DNA of 63,958 nucleotides, filler included, from Welwitschia mirabilis (Eukaryota): NCBI GenBank assembly GCA_051453625.1. It is 7 parts of one record of this genome, joined end to end, with 100 filler letters (N's around TTAATTAATTAA, not from the genome) between each part and the next. Parts side by side here need not be neighbours in the genome. Positions count along the whole stretch, not along the records: positions 19,605 to 29,294 come from JBOZIK010000001.1; positions 29,395 to 45,070 come from JBOZIK010000001.1; 5 more parts are not named here. One strand, written 5' to 3'. Numbering within the stretch: the stretch's first letter is position 1; every line of letters starts with the position of its first letter. A program made the translations under genes and the position numbers. Below, one piece after another: positions 25,691 to 38,400 of this stretch. The notes beneath the pieces were generated by a model. The model saw nothing but the letters and a program-made list of their open reading frames with translations. It searched no databases and had not been told where the DNA came from.

Positions 25691-27127
25691 CTGATAGTTT
25701 TTNNNNNNNNNNNNNNNNNNNNNNNNNNNNNNNNNNNNNNNNNNNNNNNNNNNNNNNNNNNNNNNNNNNNNNNNNNNNNNNNNNNNNNNNNNNNNNNNNN
25801 NNTTTTCGGTCTTCTTAGGATTTTTACTTAGCTGGTTTATTCCTGCCCTTGATTCTGAGCCCTAGTTTCTGATCTCCAACTCATGTATATAGGGTTTTGT
25901 ACTGTACTAAAATCATAATATAATTAATCACATTAAAGAAAATTTTACTAGTTTAGTGAAATTTCATGTGAACTGAATACTATGCATCCAAATCAAAAAG
26001 AGTCTAAATATACATGACATTCCAGTAGTCTTGGGCAATTTTTCACTTAAATATACAATGTTATTATAATCACATACATAACATAAATTCTCATTGTAAC
26101 CAAGATCTAAGGTTAAGTAAATCACTATGTCCATCATCCCTAAACCACAAGATGACACAAATCTTTAAAATGTTAAAAATAACATAAGGAGACATAAATT
26201 AGATATCCAAAGACATTGTAGTGGGATAAGATCAGACTAAAAAACCATAAAATTTAAAATGGAAGAAAATAGGGAAGCAAATCCTACAAGTTGACCATAG
26301 TGCAAAATTAATTTTTAACAGAATTCAACCTTCCATGTCATATCATCTTTGCCTTTGGCTACTTCTTTATCTATAAGTAGGATCACAATCTTTATTTGTA
26401 TTTCAACACACAAACTAAAATCATTAATAGGATACGAAAGAATCACAAGAAGATAACATGCAGTGTGATAGTGAAATGATAAAAAATTATCATATTCATA
26501 TGCATAAATATTTCTTTACAGAATTCAAGAAAGGAAATCATTAAAATGAAGAAAGCCAATGGAGGCACATCACTAAGGGGAAAAAAGAAGACTTCTAGTA
26601 ACAAGGGTAAAAACTCTAGTGAAAACTAGGAGAAAGTAAAATCAAAGACTAAAAAAGGTGTCTATTCCTGTGGACCATCCTATTGTTCTAGTACTCCTCC
26701 TTTACATTTCACCTTATAGTGGTTGTGGCGCATGCAGATACATAGATCTAGTAGCACAATGTTTAAGGATAGTTGATATCTATAATACCCCAAACCTTAA
26801 TGTGGTATTCCTTTTAATTATTATCTCTCATTTATCTATATGATGATATTAAGCATTGTTTAATAAAAGCATTAGATTTAAATGCATGTTTAAATTATAA
26901 CCTTGCTTGTAATCTCGTAAATGTCTTTTAATTTATTGGTGATTTGATTCTCCAATAATTTTAATATTAGACTTCTCGTAGCTTGCATAACCCCTTAGTA
27001 AGATCCATACTACTTTTCGTTGATAGAACACTCCTTGCATTAATATCTAGGCCTAATGTTTAGCTCCCCCTCATAATATATATATATATATACATCAAAA
27101 TACTTAAAATAAAATATAATAAATAAT

Positions 27128-27129
<2 letters not shown>

Positions 27130-27173
<44 letters not shown>

Positions 27174-27185
27174 ATATATATATAT
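27130..27185. repeat. (TA)n microsatellite
   Basis: Direct observation; runs into an N gap. Confidence 0.97.
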
Positions 27186-27829
27186 NNNNNNNNNNNNNNN
27201 NNNNNNNNNNNNNNNNNNNNNNNNNNNNNNNNNNNNNNNNNNNNNNNNNNNNNNNNNNNNNNNNNNNNNNNNNNNNNNNNNNNNNNNNNNNNNNNNNNNN
27301 NNNNNNNNNNNNNNNNNNNNNNNNNNNNNNNNNNNNNNNNNNNNNNNNNNNNNNNNNNNNNNNNNNNNNNNNNNNNNNNNNNNNNNNNNNNNNNNNNNNN
27401 NNNNNNNNNNNNNNNNNNNNNNNNNNNNNNNNNNNNNNNNNNNNNNNNNNNNNNNNNNNNNNNNNNNNNNNNNNNNNNNNNNNNNNNNNNNNNNNNNNNN
27501 NNNNNNNNNNNNNNNNNNNNNNNNNNNNNNNNNNNNNNNNNNNNNNNNNNNNNNNNNNNNNNNNNNNNNNNNNNNNNNNNNNNNNNNNNNNNNNNNNNNN
27601 NNNNNNNNNNNNNNNNNNNNNNNNNNNNNNNNNNNNNNNNNNNNNNNNNNNNNNNNNNNNNNNNNNNNNNNNNNNNNNNNNNNNNNNNNNNNNNNNNNNN
27701 NNNNNNNNNNNNNNNNNNNNNNNNNNNNNNNNNNNNNNNNNNNNNNNNNNNNNNNNNNNNNNNNNNNNNNNNNNNNNNNNNNNNNNNNNNNNNNNNNNNN
27801 NNNNNNNNNNNNNNNNNNNNNNNNNNNNN

Positions 27830-29294
27830 CTCACTGCCATGAATTTGATTGGAGGGACAGCGCAATGAAGATGGTAGAGCAGGTGAAGGGAAATCTTCAT
27901 CAGTGATGCATCTATGAAGGCATTTCAGCAAGCAGAAGCTTCAGGCACACAGGAAGACCTTAAATGCGTGAAGGCAGTAGACAAGAGTGGGAGTTCAATA
28001 TGTGATGATAGAGGGAGGAGGACGCAGGTAAGGAAGGCCTATCAGGTAGAGCGCATANNNNNNNNNNNNNNNNNNNNNNNNNNNNNNNNNNNNNNNNNNN
28101 NNNNNNNNNNNNNNNNNNNNNNNNNNNNNNNNNNNNNNNNNNNNNNNNNNNNNNNNNATTAGAGGAACAGCGCAATGCAGATGGTAGAGCAAGTGAAGGG
28201 AAATCTTCATCAGTTATGCATCTATGAAGGCATCGCAGTAAGCAGAAGCTTCAGGCACACAGGAAGATCTTAAATGCGTGAAGGCGGTAGACAAGAGTGG
28301 GAGTTCAATACGTGATGATAGAGGGGGGGAGGACGCAGGCAAGGGAGGCCTATCAGGTAGAGCACACAGGAGAGGCTCTGGTGCTTAGAAAATGACCAGA
28401 GGCATGATTTCTGTGAGTTGTGATGCGATTAAGTGCGAAGAAAGCGTGAGCATGAGTGCTCTACGGTTTTTACAAAAGAAAGCATGTTGCAGAGTAAGCA
28501 TGCTATAGGTTTTGCAAATAGAGGAGGAGCATTTACAAGATATAGATTACATAGATAGATTACACAAGCTGAAAGAGACACGATGGAAAAAGTTACATGA
28601 ATAGAAGGTGATCCAAAGGAAGGACCATGGACATGCAGGCATTGAAGGCCTTAGTAGCAGTACATAGGATATGAAAACCTTAACGCGAAAAGATGCAGCT
28701 GTGGAGCTAATGCAGCACAGGGGTGTTAGGGAAAGAAGTGATTTTTGCGTCACATGTGATTTTGTTGGTTTCACATGTGATCTCTTACTCTTGCTGAGGG
28801 AATCTACGCATGAAGAATTCAAGATCAGCACTCTGAAATTCCTCAGTACAATTTTTACTAAGCACATTGATGATGTTACGTGTAGATCAATGGCAAGGAA
28901 CAAGGGAAAAAAAGGCTTGTAGAAATTCAGAAGGAAAACAAAATTGAAAAAACGGAGGGAAAACATGCTACTTGTGTATTATTAGCTGTGTTTTATTGAT
29001 GGGCGTTGTATTTGGCTGAACAGCATTGTGGAGAGATGGTGTCTAGCTAAGAGACACTGAAGAAAATACTATAGAAAACCGCTATGAAGGAAATACCATT
29101 GTGGAAATCGCTGAAGAGAACTACTACTAGAAACAGAGCTAAGAGATGCCATGTTACAGCTTGGATTTCCAGAGCTTCTTACTGAAACTGCTTGCGCTAT
29201 GGCCTCAGATAAGAAACACAACCATCAACATTAGGAACGAAGAAAGGAGATTCAAGGGTTTCATTGCCCATTCCTACCATTATGCTGGTGATTC
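27830..29294 (-). mobile_element. Probable retrotransposon leader, degenerate PBS and LTR end
   Basis: Purine-rich on +, like the 21400-22600 leader. GCTAAGAGATGCCATGTTA at ~29138-29156 resembles GCTCTGATACCA-TGTTA. Confidence 0.4.
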
Positions 29295-31749
29295 NNNNNN
29301 NNNNNNNNNNNNNNNNNNNNNNNNNNNNNNNNNNNNNNTTAATTAATTAANNNNNNNNNNNNNNNNNNNNNNNNNNNNNNNNNNNNNNNNNNNNTGTGTC
29401 TAATGGATATTTTTGGTCAAGTGACCAGGCGGTTCACTATATATTCATTTGAGTAACCATATATGATTTATGTTAATTATTCATATGCATTGTAATTGTT
29501 CATGAATTAGAATTCCTGATTAGGAATGAATGTTGTAACCTCGAGAGTTTCTGACCAACTGCCTCCTATATTTTTAGACATAGCTATTGATGCTTATATA
29601 TATATTTGCGTGAGTAATATGTTTTGATAACATGTCATTTCATATGTCATGATATTCTTTTGTATTTGAGCTAGATATTACATTCTTGCATTAACTTATG
29701 CTTAATTCTGCCCTATACCACTGACACGGACTACCCTGATCTATCATATGCTCATGTGTATTGATGGAGATGGGAATGAGGTCTAAGATAGAACTATGTG
29801 TGGTCTGATCTACTTTGGATGAGGATATGTAGGCATAGTTGTTTGGCTATAGATGTAATCAACCATTTGATCACAACCTANNNNNNNNNNNNNNNNNNNN
29901 NNNNNNNNNNNNNNNNNNNNNNNNNNNNNNNNNNNNNNNNNNNNNNNNNNNNNNNNNNNNNNNNNNNNNNNNNNNNNNNNNNNNNNNNNNNNNNNNNNNN
30001 NNNNNNNNNNNNNNNNNNNNNNNNNNNNNNNNNNNNNNNNNNNNNNNNNNNNNNNNNNNNNNNNNNNNNNNNNNNNNNNNNNNNNNNNNNNNNNNNNNNN
30101 NNNNNNNNNNNNNNNNNNNNNNNNNNNNNNNNNNNNNNNNNNNNNNNNNNNNNNNNNNNNNNNNNNNNNNNNNNNNNNNNNNNNNNNNNNNNNNNNNNNN
30201 NNNNNNNNNNNNNNNNNNNNNNNNNNNNNNNNNNNNNNNNNNNNNNNNNNNNNNNNNNNNNNNNNNNNNNNNNNNNNNNNNNNNNNNNNNNNNNNNNNNN
30301 NNNNNNNNNNNNNNNNNNNNNNNNNNNNNNNNNNNNNNNNNNNNNNNNNNNNNNNNNNNNNNNNNNNNNNNNNNNNNNNNNNNNNNNNNNNNNNNNNNNN
30401 NNNNNNNNNNNNNNNNNNNNNNNNNNNNNNNNNNNNNNNNNNNNNNNNNNNNNNNNNNNNNNNNNNNNNNNNNNNNNNNNNNNNNNNNNNNNNNNNNNNN
30501 NNNNNNNNNNNNNNNNNNNNNNNNNNNNNNNNNNNNNNNNNNNNNNNNNNNNNNNNNNNNNNNNNNNNNNNNNNNNNNNNNNNNNNNNNNNNNNNNNNNN
30601 NNNNNNNNNNNNNNNNNNNNNNNNNNNNNNNNNNNNNNNNNNNNNNNNNNNNNNNNNNNNNNNNNNNNNNNNNNNNNNNNNNNNNNNNNNNNNNNNNNNN
30701 NNNNNNNNNNNNNNNNNNAACATATTTCAAATTTCTAGATAGTAAACCCAAAATAATACATTTATTGCATAATTTTTAACGGAATCCTTTTTTGGATAAG
30801 TGCCCTACATATTTGTATGTTAGAAAGGTATAACTTTTTTTTGTGTTTTTGGTTATTTTGTTTTTCTTTTTTTTTTCGTTGTTCTTGAGTAATGGTTACT
30901 ATAGAAATGTGGGTTTATGAGCCACTACATATGGTAGTTACTCCAGGCGAGTTAAGGCTATTCCTCCTTATTCCATATGTTCCTTTATAATCATTAGTTT
31001 CTGCATGACAGTGTCCATGCTAGTTGTTTTAACAATCCCACATTGATTTTGTGAAGGCCTACTTCTCTTTCCCATATTGACTTGTCTTATTTTAATGCAA
31101 GTCCACTTTCTTACCAAGATTTATATATGTGATCTTATTTGTTTTTCCCAACACACCTATAGGCCAGTCATTTTAAGCATCACAATTCTCCTTCTAATAT
31201 AGGTTATTTGTTCTTGCACATCTATTTTAGTTTTGCCATAGCATAAAGGTAATGGCTAAATACTTAGTATGTTAAGTGCTATTTGACAACTGAAAAGCAT
31301 GTACTACAAGTTTTTAAAAATTTTTTAGGACAAGTGAGCAAATGATATATACTATTTTCAAGATTAATAGATAGATTAGAAATGGCTTCAAATGTATCAA
31401 CGCTTCTTTGATTGTATAAATTTTGTATCCTCCTTTAAGATAGTGTCATAACTTCTAATTCCACTTAATTTCAATAGAAAATAATTCATTTTGGTAATTA
31501 AAATATTGCATTCTTCATTAGTTACAAAAGGAGAGATAAAGCTACATGCTAGCATATTATGGACCATGTTCTTTTCTAACCACATCAACTGGCATATTCC
31601 ATGCTTCCACACTCTTTTACAGAAATCTCCTTAATCGAAAGTCATTTTTCAGTGAAATTTGTGAGGTTTTATGTCTACTTTTAGCAATAATTGGAATAAC
31701 ATAGCAAAATCTTCTTTCTGGTATTTTTGTAATTTTTTAATCCAAGACA

Positions 31750-32124
31750 TATCTTTTGAGGCATTTGTTTGATTTACAAAATGATTTTTAAGGCATTTAT
31801 ATACTAAAACGCCTCAAAAGCCCTCTGAATCCACCCACGCGATTTTATTAGATAAACACCTTAAAAGCTATTTTAAGGCGTTTTAGTACGTAAGCACCTC
31901 GAAAGCCCTATTAAGGCATTTCTCTAGTAAAACGCCTCAAAAGTAGAAAATGCCTTAAAACAACACTTAAGGCATTTTTATTTAAACAACTTAGAAATGC
32001 CTTTAGAGCCTATAGGCTTTTAAGGTGAGGCTTTTTAAGGCATTTAATGAAGAAAAATCTTAAAGGCTTTTAAGGCATTTTTTTATTACCTTTTAAAGCA
32101 TTTTAGCTTATAATTCATGTAGTG
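31750..32124. mobile_element. Terminus of a second CACTA element
   Basis: Dense AAAYGCCT(T/C)AAAA / TTTTAAGGCRTTT motifs ending ...TTCATGTAGTG (CACTAC on the minus strand). Partner end not visible. Confidence 0.88.
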
Positions 32125-32129
32125 ATAGT

Positions 32130-35100
32130 TAGCCTTCATAATGATCCTTAAAACATTGTTCTCGTTCATGCTTGTATCTAGATAGATTACATAAATGATG
32201 CTAGATTTGTTTAAAACTAGATGACTATTCCAATTAAAGTTAGCAAAGGTGACAACGTAATTATTAGAATATTGAAAGATTCAAACAAAATCCTTATCTT
32301 CCTAAGGTATCATAAGAGCTAAAGAACACTTTTCATATGGTAATTATTTGGTTTCATCAATAACCATAAAGAAGATTTATCATTACCTTGAAATCTATCA
32401 TAGTGTTAATCAGATATTATAATTTCTCAATAATTATCCAAAGCTGGATGCAATCAAATTTACTAGTGATCTTCATATATCATATGTGTCAGTTTTAATG
32501 GAATCACATCATTTTTAATATTTTCTAGTTGATATATCTAAAGTATCTCATCCAAGTATTTTTCCTTAAGATATTTGGATTGTTTCATGCTACCACATGA
32601 TCTTCATGCCACAATAATGGTGTGCTTTACTTATGTTTAATAGCTCAAAGTTTTGTGATAAGATATTCTAAGACATCCTTATTTTTATAAGTTATCATCA
32701 CATAACCTACATGGAAGGTCATATATAATATAGGCTCTCTTTAATTAATTTTCATAAAATGATTTACATCATGGAGAAATATTTGAAAATAATTATCTAA
32801 TAGGAATTTACTTAGCAACTAGCATCAAATTCTAGTTAACTATTTTAATCCAGATAATGACATGATTAATTTTCATACATTTTCAAAACTAAATTTGAAC
32901 TGTTCTAGTTGTTCCATATAAATCATGAAATCAACTGTTCCATATAAAATGATAGATTTTACATTAATTTAATAAAGATTCCATATATTTTATACTTCTA
33001 GATATCATAGAATCTAGAATGTTTTCACTCTAGTAGAAGGAGCAATGATTTCTTTATAATAAACTCCTTTTAGCTTGTGAAAAACATTTGGCATTGATCC
33101 TCATCTTATGTTTTCTATAATTCTATTATCATTTCTTTTGTCTATAAAGATTCATCTCGAATCCACTATATTTTGAGTAATCGTACAATGTAGAATATTC
33201 TTTCATACTCCTCTTTTCAACATTATATTCATTTTTATTGATTACCTTTACCCAGGACGAGATAATGTTTTTCGTATCATAGTCTAGTTTGTACATTCTT
33301 ATTAATAAATATTAACACACTCTCATCTCCTTCTTAAAACCTTCATAGCAAACCTTTAGGACATATTTCATCATGTTTATTCCCATTATTAATGTATAAA
33401 TTCTATGCTTCATTTCATAAGATCTCAATGTGGATTTGCTTTTTATATTAAGGGTGATGTACTTTTGGTTGGATGGTTGTTATAAGTTTAGTTACTTTAT
33501 CTTTTTCTTTTTTATTTTTTTTATATATTTCAGTTTATCCTCCTACCATTCCATGACTCTTGGTACAATTGTGTTTCCTAATGGATGTCAAACTAAGTTA
33601 AGTATAACTATTAATTATGTCCTTGTGATTAATTAGCATATCACTAAATACTACATCCCTTGCCTCTTCACCTTATGAGTAATAAATAATAAATAAAATA
33701 CACACTCAATGTGTTAACATGCCCAACTAACATGCTAATACTAAATCATTCTAAGGACTTATTATTGGGATGCCTATGATAAAAAGCTTTCTAGTTGTAT
33801 ATTTTAACCTCATTTAAATTAGGCTTTATTCTATACCATAAACCAAGTGTAGTGTTACCTTAGAGTATTTTTATAAGAAGCTTATTCAGAATGAACTACA
33901 CATTAAAAAAGGCCTCTTTACATTAGTCCACAATAAGGTGATTTCAAAATGATAGACAACATATTATTTCCTTAAAAACACAAGTTTTATATTTGGTAAT
34001 GCCTTTTTAACATGTTATGGTATATAGTTTTATATCTTTCTTATGCCAAAATTATTGGAATAGTTGTCCAACATATTCCAATTTATTATTAATATGAGAA
34101 TGAACAATTTTATGTACCATGTTATTTTAGGATTACTTTTTTAAATACTTAAACTTTCTCAATACATCATTCTTATTTCATTGGGAAATTTGCAATTTCA
34201 TTGTATGAAATCATCTACAAACAACATAAGAAATAGATAGCCACAATGGCATAAGGTTTAGTAAAAACTCATATTCAAATGCATTTAATTCAAGTGCTTT
34301 CATAGTTTATCTATTAACAAATTTTAATCTGAGGGACACTATTTGTTTGGCTTAATAATCTTTTTACTTACTGAAATATTTTACATATATTGAACTACTT
34401 ATAATATAATCTTTTAAATTCATCATGGCCTTTATATTAGTGTGGCTAAGTCTATAGTACTAAATAGTATTCATGTCAATATTAGTCACTAATACTATCT
34501 AACTCAAAATAATACATATTGTTATTCAATGATTAGTCATCTTCATGATACTAGTAGACATACTTTAACATGCTAAACACCTCTCCTAAAGGGCATGTCA
34601 TAGTCATGCTATAAAAGTACATACTGAGATGAGATTACATGTTAATTATCTATATTAATAAACATAATGTAACATGATGGATCTACCATCATAGCTTAGC
34701 ATCATTGTATCAACATCTTCAAACATCATGATTCCATCATTTGTAAGATGTGCTGATACATTTCATTCTATTCTAAAATAAATTAAAATGATTTGATTAT
34801 TGCATACATGTTTAGTACTATTAGATTCAAGGTATTAGTACACATAGTTATCAATAATACTGTCATCATTTATTACATTAATATTATTAGTGTTTATATT
34901 CAGAAGGCAAGATGAGACCTTCTTTATATTGGTGATGGAACCCCTTTTATAAGCCTCTTTTTCTTTTTGTTTCTTAGCTTTCTCATTTTCATAAACTTTT
35001 ACTTTGTTTATTTCTATGTGCTTCTTGTTTTATGGCATCCTACATTTAACCATAATATGTTTTGTTAATTTATAATTGAAGCACCTATTCTTAAATATTT

Positions 35101-35900
35101 GATTCTTTAAGTCTCATTTGTCCATAATTAATGCATTTTTCCTTAAGTATTTGCTTCTTCAAGTTATTCTCTTAAATCATAAGTATCATGTGTGAGGCAC
35201 TAATGAAAGTGCTGACCCTTAAAAAAACTTTGTTAAGTGTAAATGAGATCTATGATAACCTTGTAGGGAGTGATACTAACATATATTTATACCATAATAA
35301 ATGTCTTAAGCACATCATATTCTAGTAGAAGTGATAACTTTAACAAGGGAATGTGTAATGATTCTAAAACCTTTTTCTATGAATTGTCATCTATTATACT
35401 AACTTTATTATTTGTTAAATATACTATTAAACATTGTAGTAACTGATCAAGGAGTATAACCATTGCGGAATAACTATTTTGAAGGTTCATGTCATTTCAT
35501 CATTATTATAAGAGGTGCTTGGAAAAGGGAAGGGCATGCATATGATTTGAATAGGGGTATATTGAATCCTTAACAAGTTATCTTGGCCCCTTAGTAATCC
35601 CATAGACTAAACCTTGAAGGTAGAATGACTTGGCTGGGCTGCCATATCAAGACTTTGCATTTGACGTTGATGGAACCACAAGTATCACTCTGGAGTCTTA
35701 TCCAATAAAGATGAGTAATTTATTTTCTTTAGTTTATAATATTTTTCTTTATTTAAATAAAGATATGATTAGTCCTCAATTTTCACTATTGATAAATGAT
35801 ATTTCCATTTACTTTTAGATATCTTTTGCTTCAACTTTTATAAAATAAATTAGGAACGTTACATGTTGCTTTAGATCAAAATTCCCTAAACCTATTCCTT
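32130..35900 (-). mobile_element. Heavily degraded Copia-like remnant
   Basis: Knuckle-like RCFNYKLTKHIMVKCR at ~35040-35090 and scattered weak pol-like words. Boundaries approximate. Confidence 0.4.
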
Positions 35901-38099
35901 ATGCTATCAATTATTGTAGATTATCTAGCCTTTATGTGATGATTAAGATAGAATCAATTGAGTTATAACATAGATTCTCAAGTTTTATAATAATTAGCTT
36001 AATTTAAGCATCGTTCTTAACATCATAAACTTCTTTTAGCTTTTAAAACATTACAAAGCAATCTAAGTACTACTAATTCTAGTAGCAAACTAGGGGTTCA
36101 ATATTCTAGTATCTTCATGAGTCTTGTATAGAATTTCAAAAATTAGGTTTTATGGATATTTGACATTTAAATAAATGTTAACCATTCTAATTTATACCTA
36201 AAAATTCTTGAAACCTTTACACCTAAAAATTCTTGAAATCTTTTAGAATTATTTTTTATGCCATAAGAATCTTCAATTTGTAACTTCTAAACTTTTTAAA
36301 TATAACAATCAATTTTAGTAATGATTTCCTTAGTCATCCCATGTTAAATTATTTTTTTATATTCTTAATTTTATTTCCAATCTTATCTTGGATCAAGTTC
36401 TTCATATTAGACTAGTCATGATACTTTATTACTCATTATATGTAAGCTTTTTTTTTAAAACTCTATTAGGTTGTCTTCGATACCATCTAATAACAAAAAT
36501 GAATAATAATGAAATTAATAATTAAAATAGCAAAGGCAAATCATTCATATATCATCTAAATTGTATATATGTCATATCATTTTGTTATAGATTAATGACT
36601 TCAATTTTAATTATCAATCATCATACTAAAGGTATTTTATACTTATTATTTAGAGTTTTTCCTTCCAAATGTATTATTAGGGTTTAGATTATAGGTATGT
36701 TAGTATTTACAACATCTTTCATGCTATTCGAGTCTTTTTTACATTTCATTAGAAGATGAATCATATCTAAACTAATTGCATTCATGCCATTTAAAATTTA
36801 TAGTGAATAATTTATGATTTATCTATGAAACCATTTTGTGCTTAATACATTATGTTAATCATAACTTAAATTTAATTTATATTTTTTCTTATGGACATTC
36901 ATTTCTAGTGTTTTTTCCAATATTAGTACTCTTAACAAATTTTCCAATTTTCTTTAAACATAACTCATACATTTTGATTACCCTAAACCTTTACAAGATT
37001 AAAAGTTCCATTATGGTGTTTATAGAGGAATGATAATTAGGTTTACCTCCACTATAATGAATCATTCTAAGTGTATAAAGTTAAAAGTACTACCCATGTC
37101 TTAAATACTAGGACATAACCTTAAGGCATTAGAAATTATAACAATGTTAACATGACTTTAAGACATTATAAATTATAGTAATTATTAAAGGATAATAAGT
37201 TTTTGATGTCATGTCCAAGGATTTTAATTAGAACTAGGAGAACTTGAAGTGCAAGCACTTGGATCTATAGAGCATTTACTACAAATTAGCTATGTTAGAT
37301 CTAACTTTTGTCCAAATGCATTCTATCTCATTTTTATATTATTAATTATAGAAAGGCTAGGGTTTTAATTACATATAAAAATTTGTATATCTCTCTATAT
37401 TCTTTAATTTTCTCTTAATAGATTAATTTATGATACTATTGCATAAGATTTCAATATTACACGTATTTTTAATATTCCCTACTTAAAATTACATAATAGT
37501 ATGATTTATTTATCGTCTATTTGCATTATCTATGAATTTTAATATAAGTAGAATTGTCTTTTTCTTTAACTAACACTACTATCCTATGTGCAAAAAATTG
37601 TTTCTTCAAATTTAAGCTTACAACTTTGGAATTTTTCATTTATTTCATTCTCCATTTATCTTGAAATTTTTTTTAGTAATATTAAGCTATCATGCATTAT
37701 TGAATTACGAGTACCACTAGTTACCTAATATCGAACAACTCTTAAATGAATTTGAAAATAGCTATTCTAAATCTCCATTTTAGATAGGTAAAACTTCAAC
37801 TCATAACTACTTAGTAAGTCTTTTAACGTATGTCATCATCTCTAACATTGATAGAGATAGCATTTGTTAAGGTTTACCTAGGATAATACTAAAAGATCTA
37901 TAACAACCTAAATGTTTATCTATAGCTCTATGTATGTTTTTAGCTCTTAACACAAACCAACTTAAAATAAAGCTAGTCATCATCAATCTAATACCTTAAT
38001 TATATGACCTTAATTTGTCACATTCTTAAGACAACTTATCTAAATTCAAAGATATTTTGTTAATAATAGGTAATTAAAATGATGTAATTAAAATGAAGA

Positions 38100-38400
38100 T
38101 AGTTCTTTTTCCTTTGAAAGTAGAAGCTAAAGCATGACTAAATTCATTAAAACACTTTTTAATTAGGACATGAAGAGATTTCAATCATGAGTTTTTAAAG
38201 AAGTATTTTCTAGCACACAATGATAATAAATTAGAATGTAATATTATAAAATTTCAATAATAAGACAATGAGCCTTTCTATAAATAATTTAAATTATTTA
38301 AGTACTTCTTACCCAAATGCATTTAATATGGTTTTCAAGCATGGATAGTAATGAACTTTTTTTTGTTAAGGATTAACATCACAAAGTAGACAACTAATTT
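38100..38400 (+). pseudogene. Gypsy (Athila-like) gag remnant
   Basis: FPLKVEAKA*LNSLKHFLIRT*RDFNHEFLKKYF resembles Retrotrans_gag FSLxDKAKxWLNSL...W..L...FLKKFF. Confidence 0.7.

Noticed and set aside
27830-28365. ~210-bp tandem duplication
   Set aside because: Flanks a 100-N gap; likely an unmerged overlap or haplotypes
27104-30751. Long ORFs in the ORF track
   Set aside because: They consist of X from N runs and TA repeats
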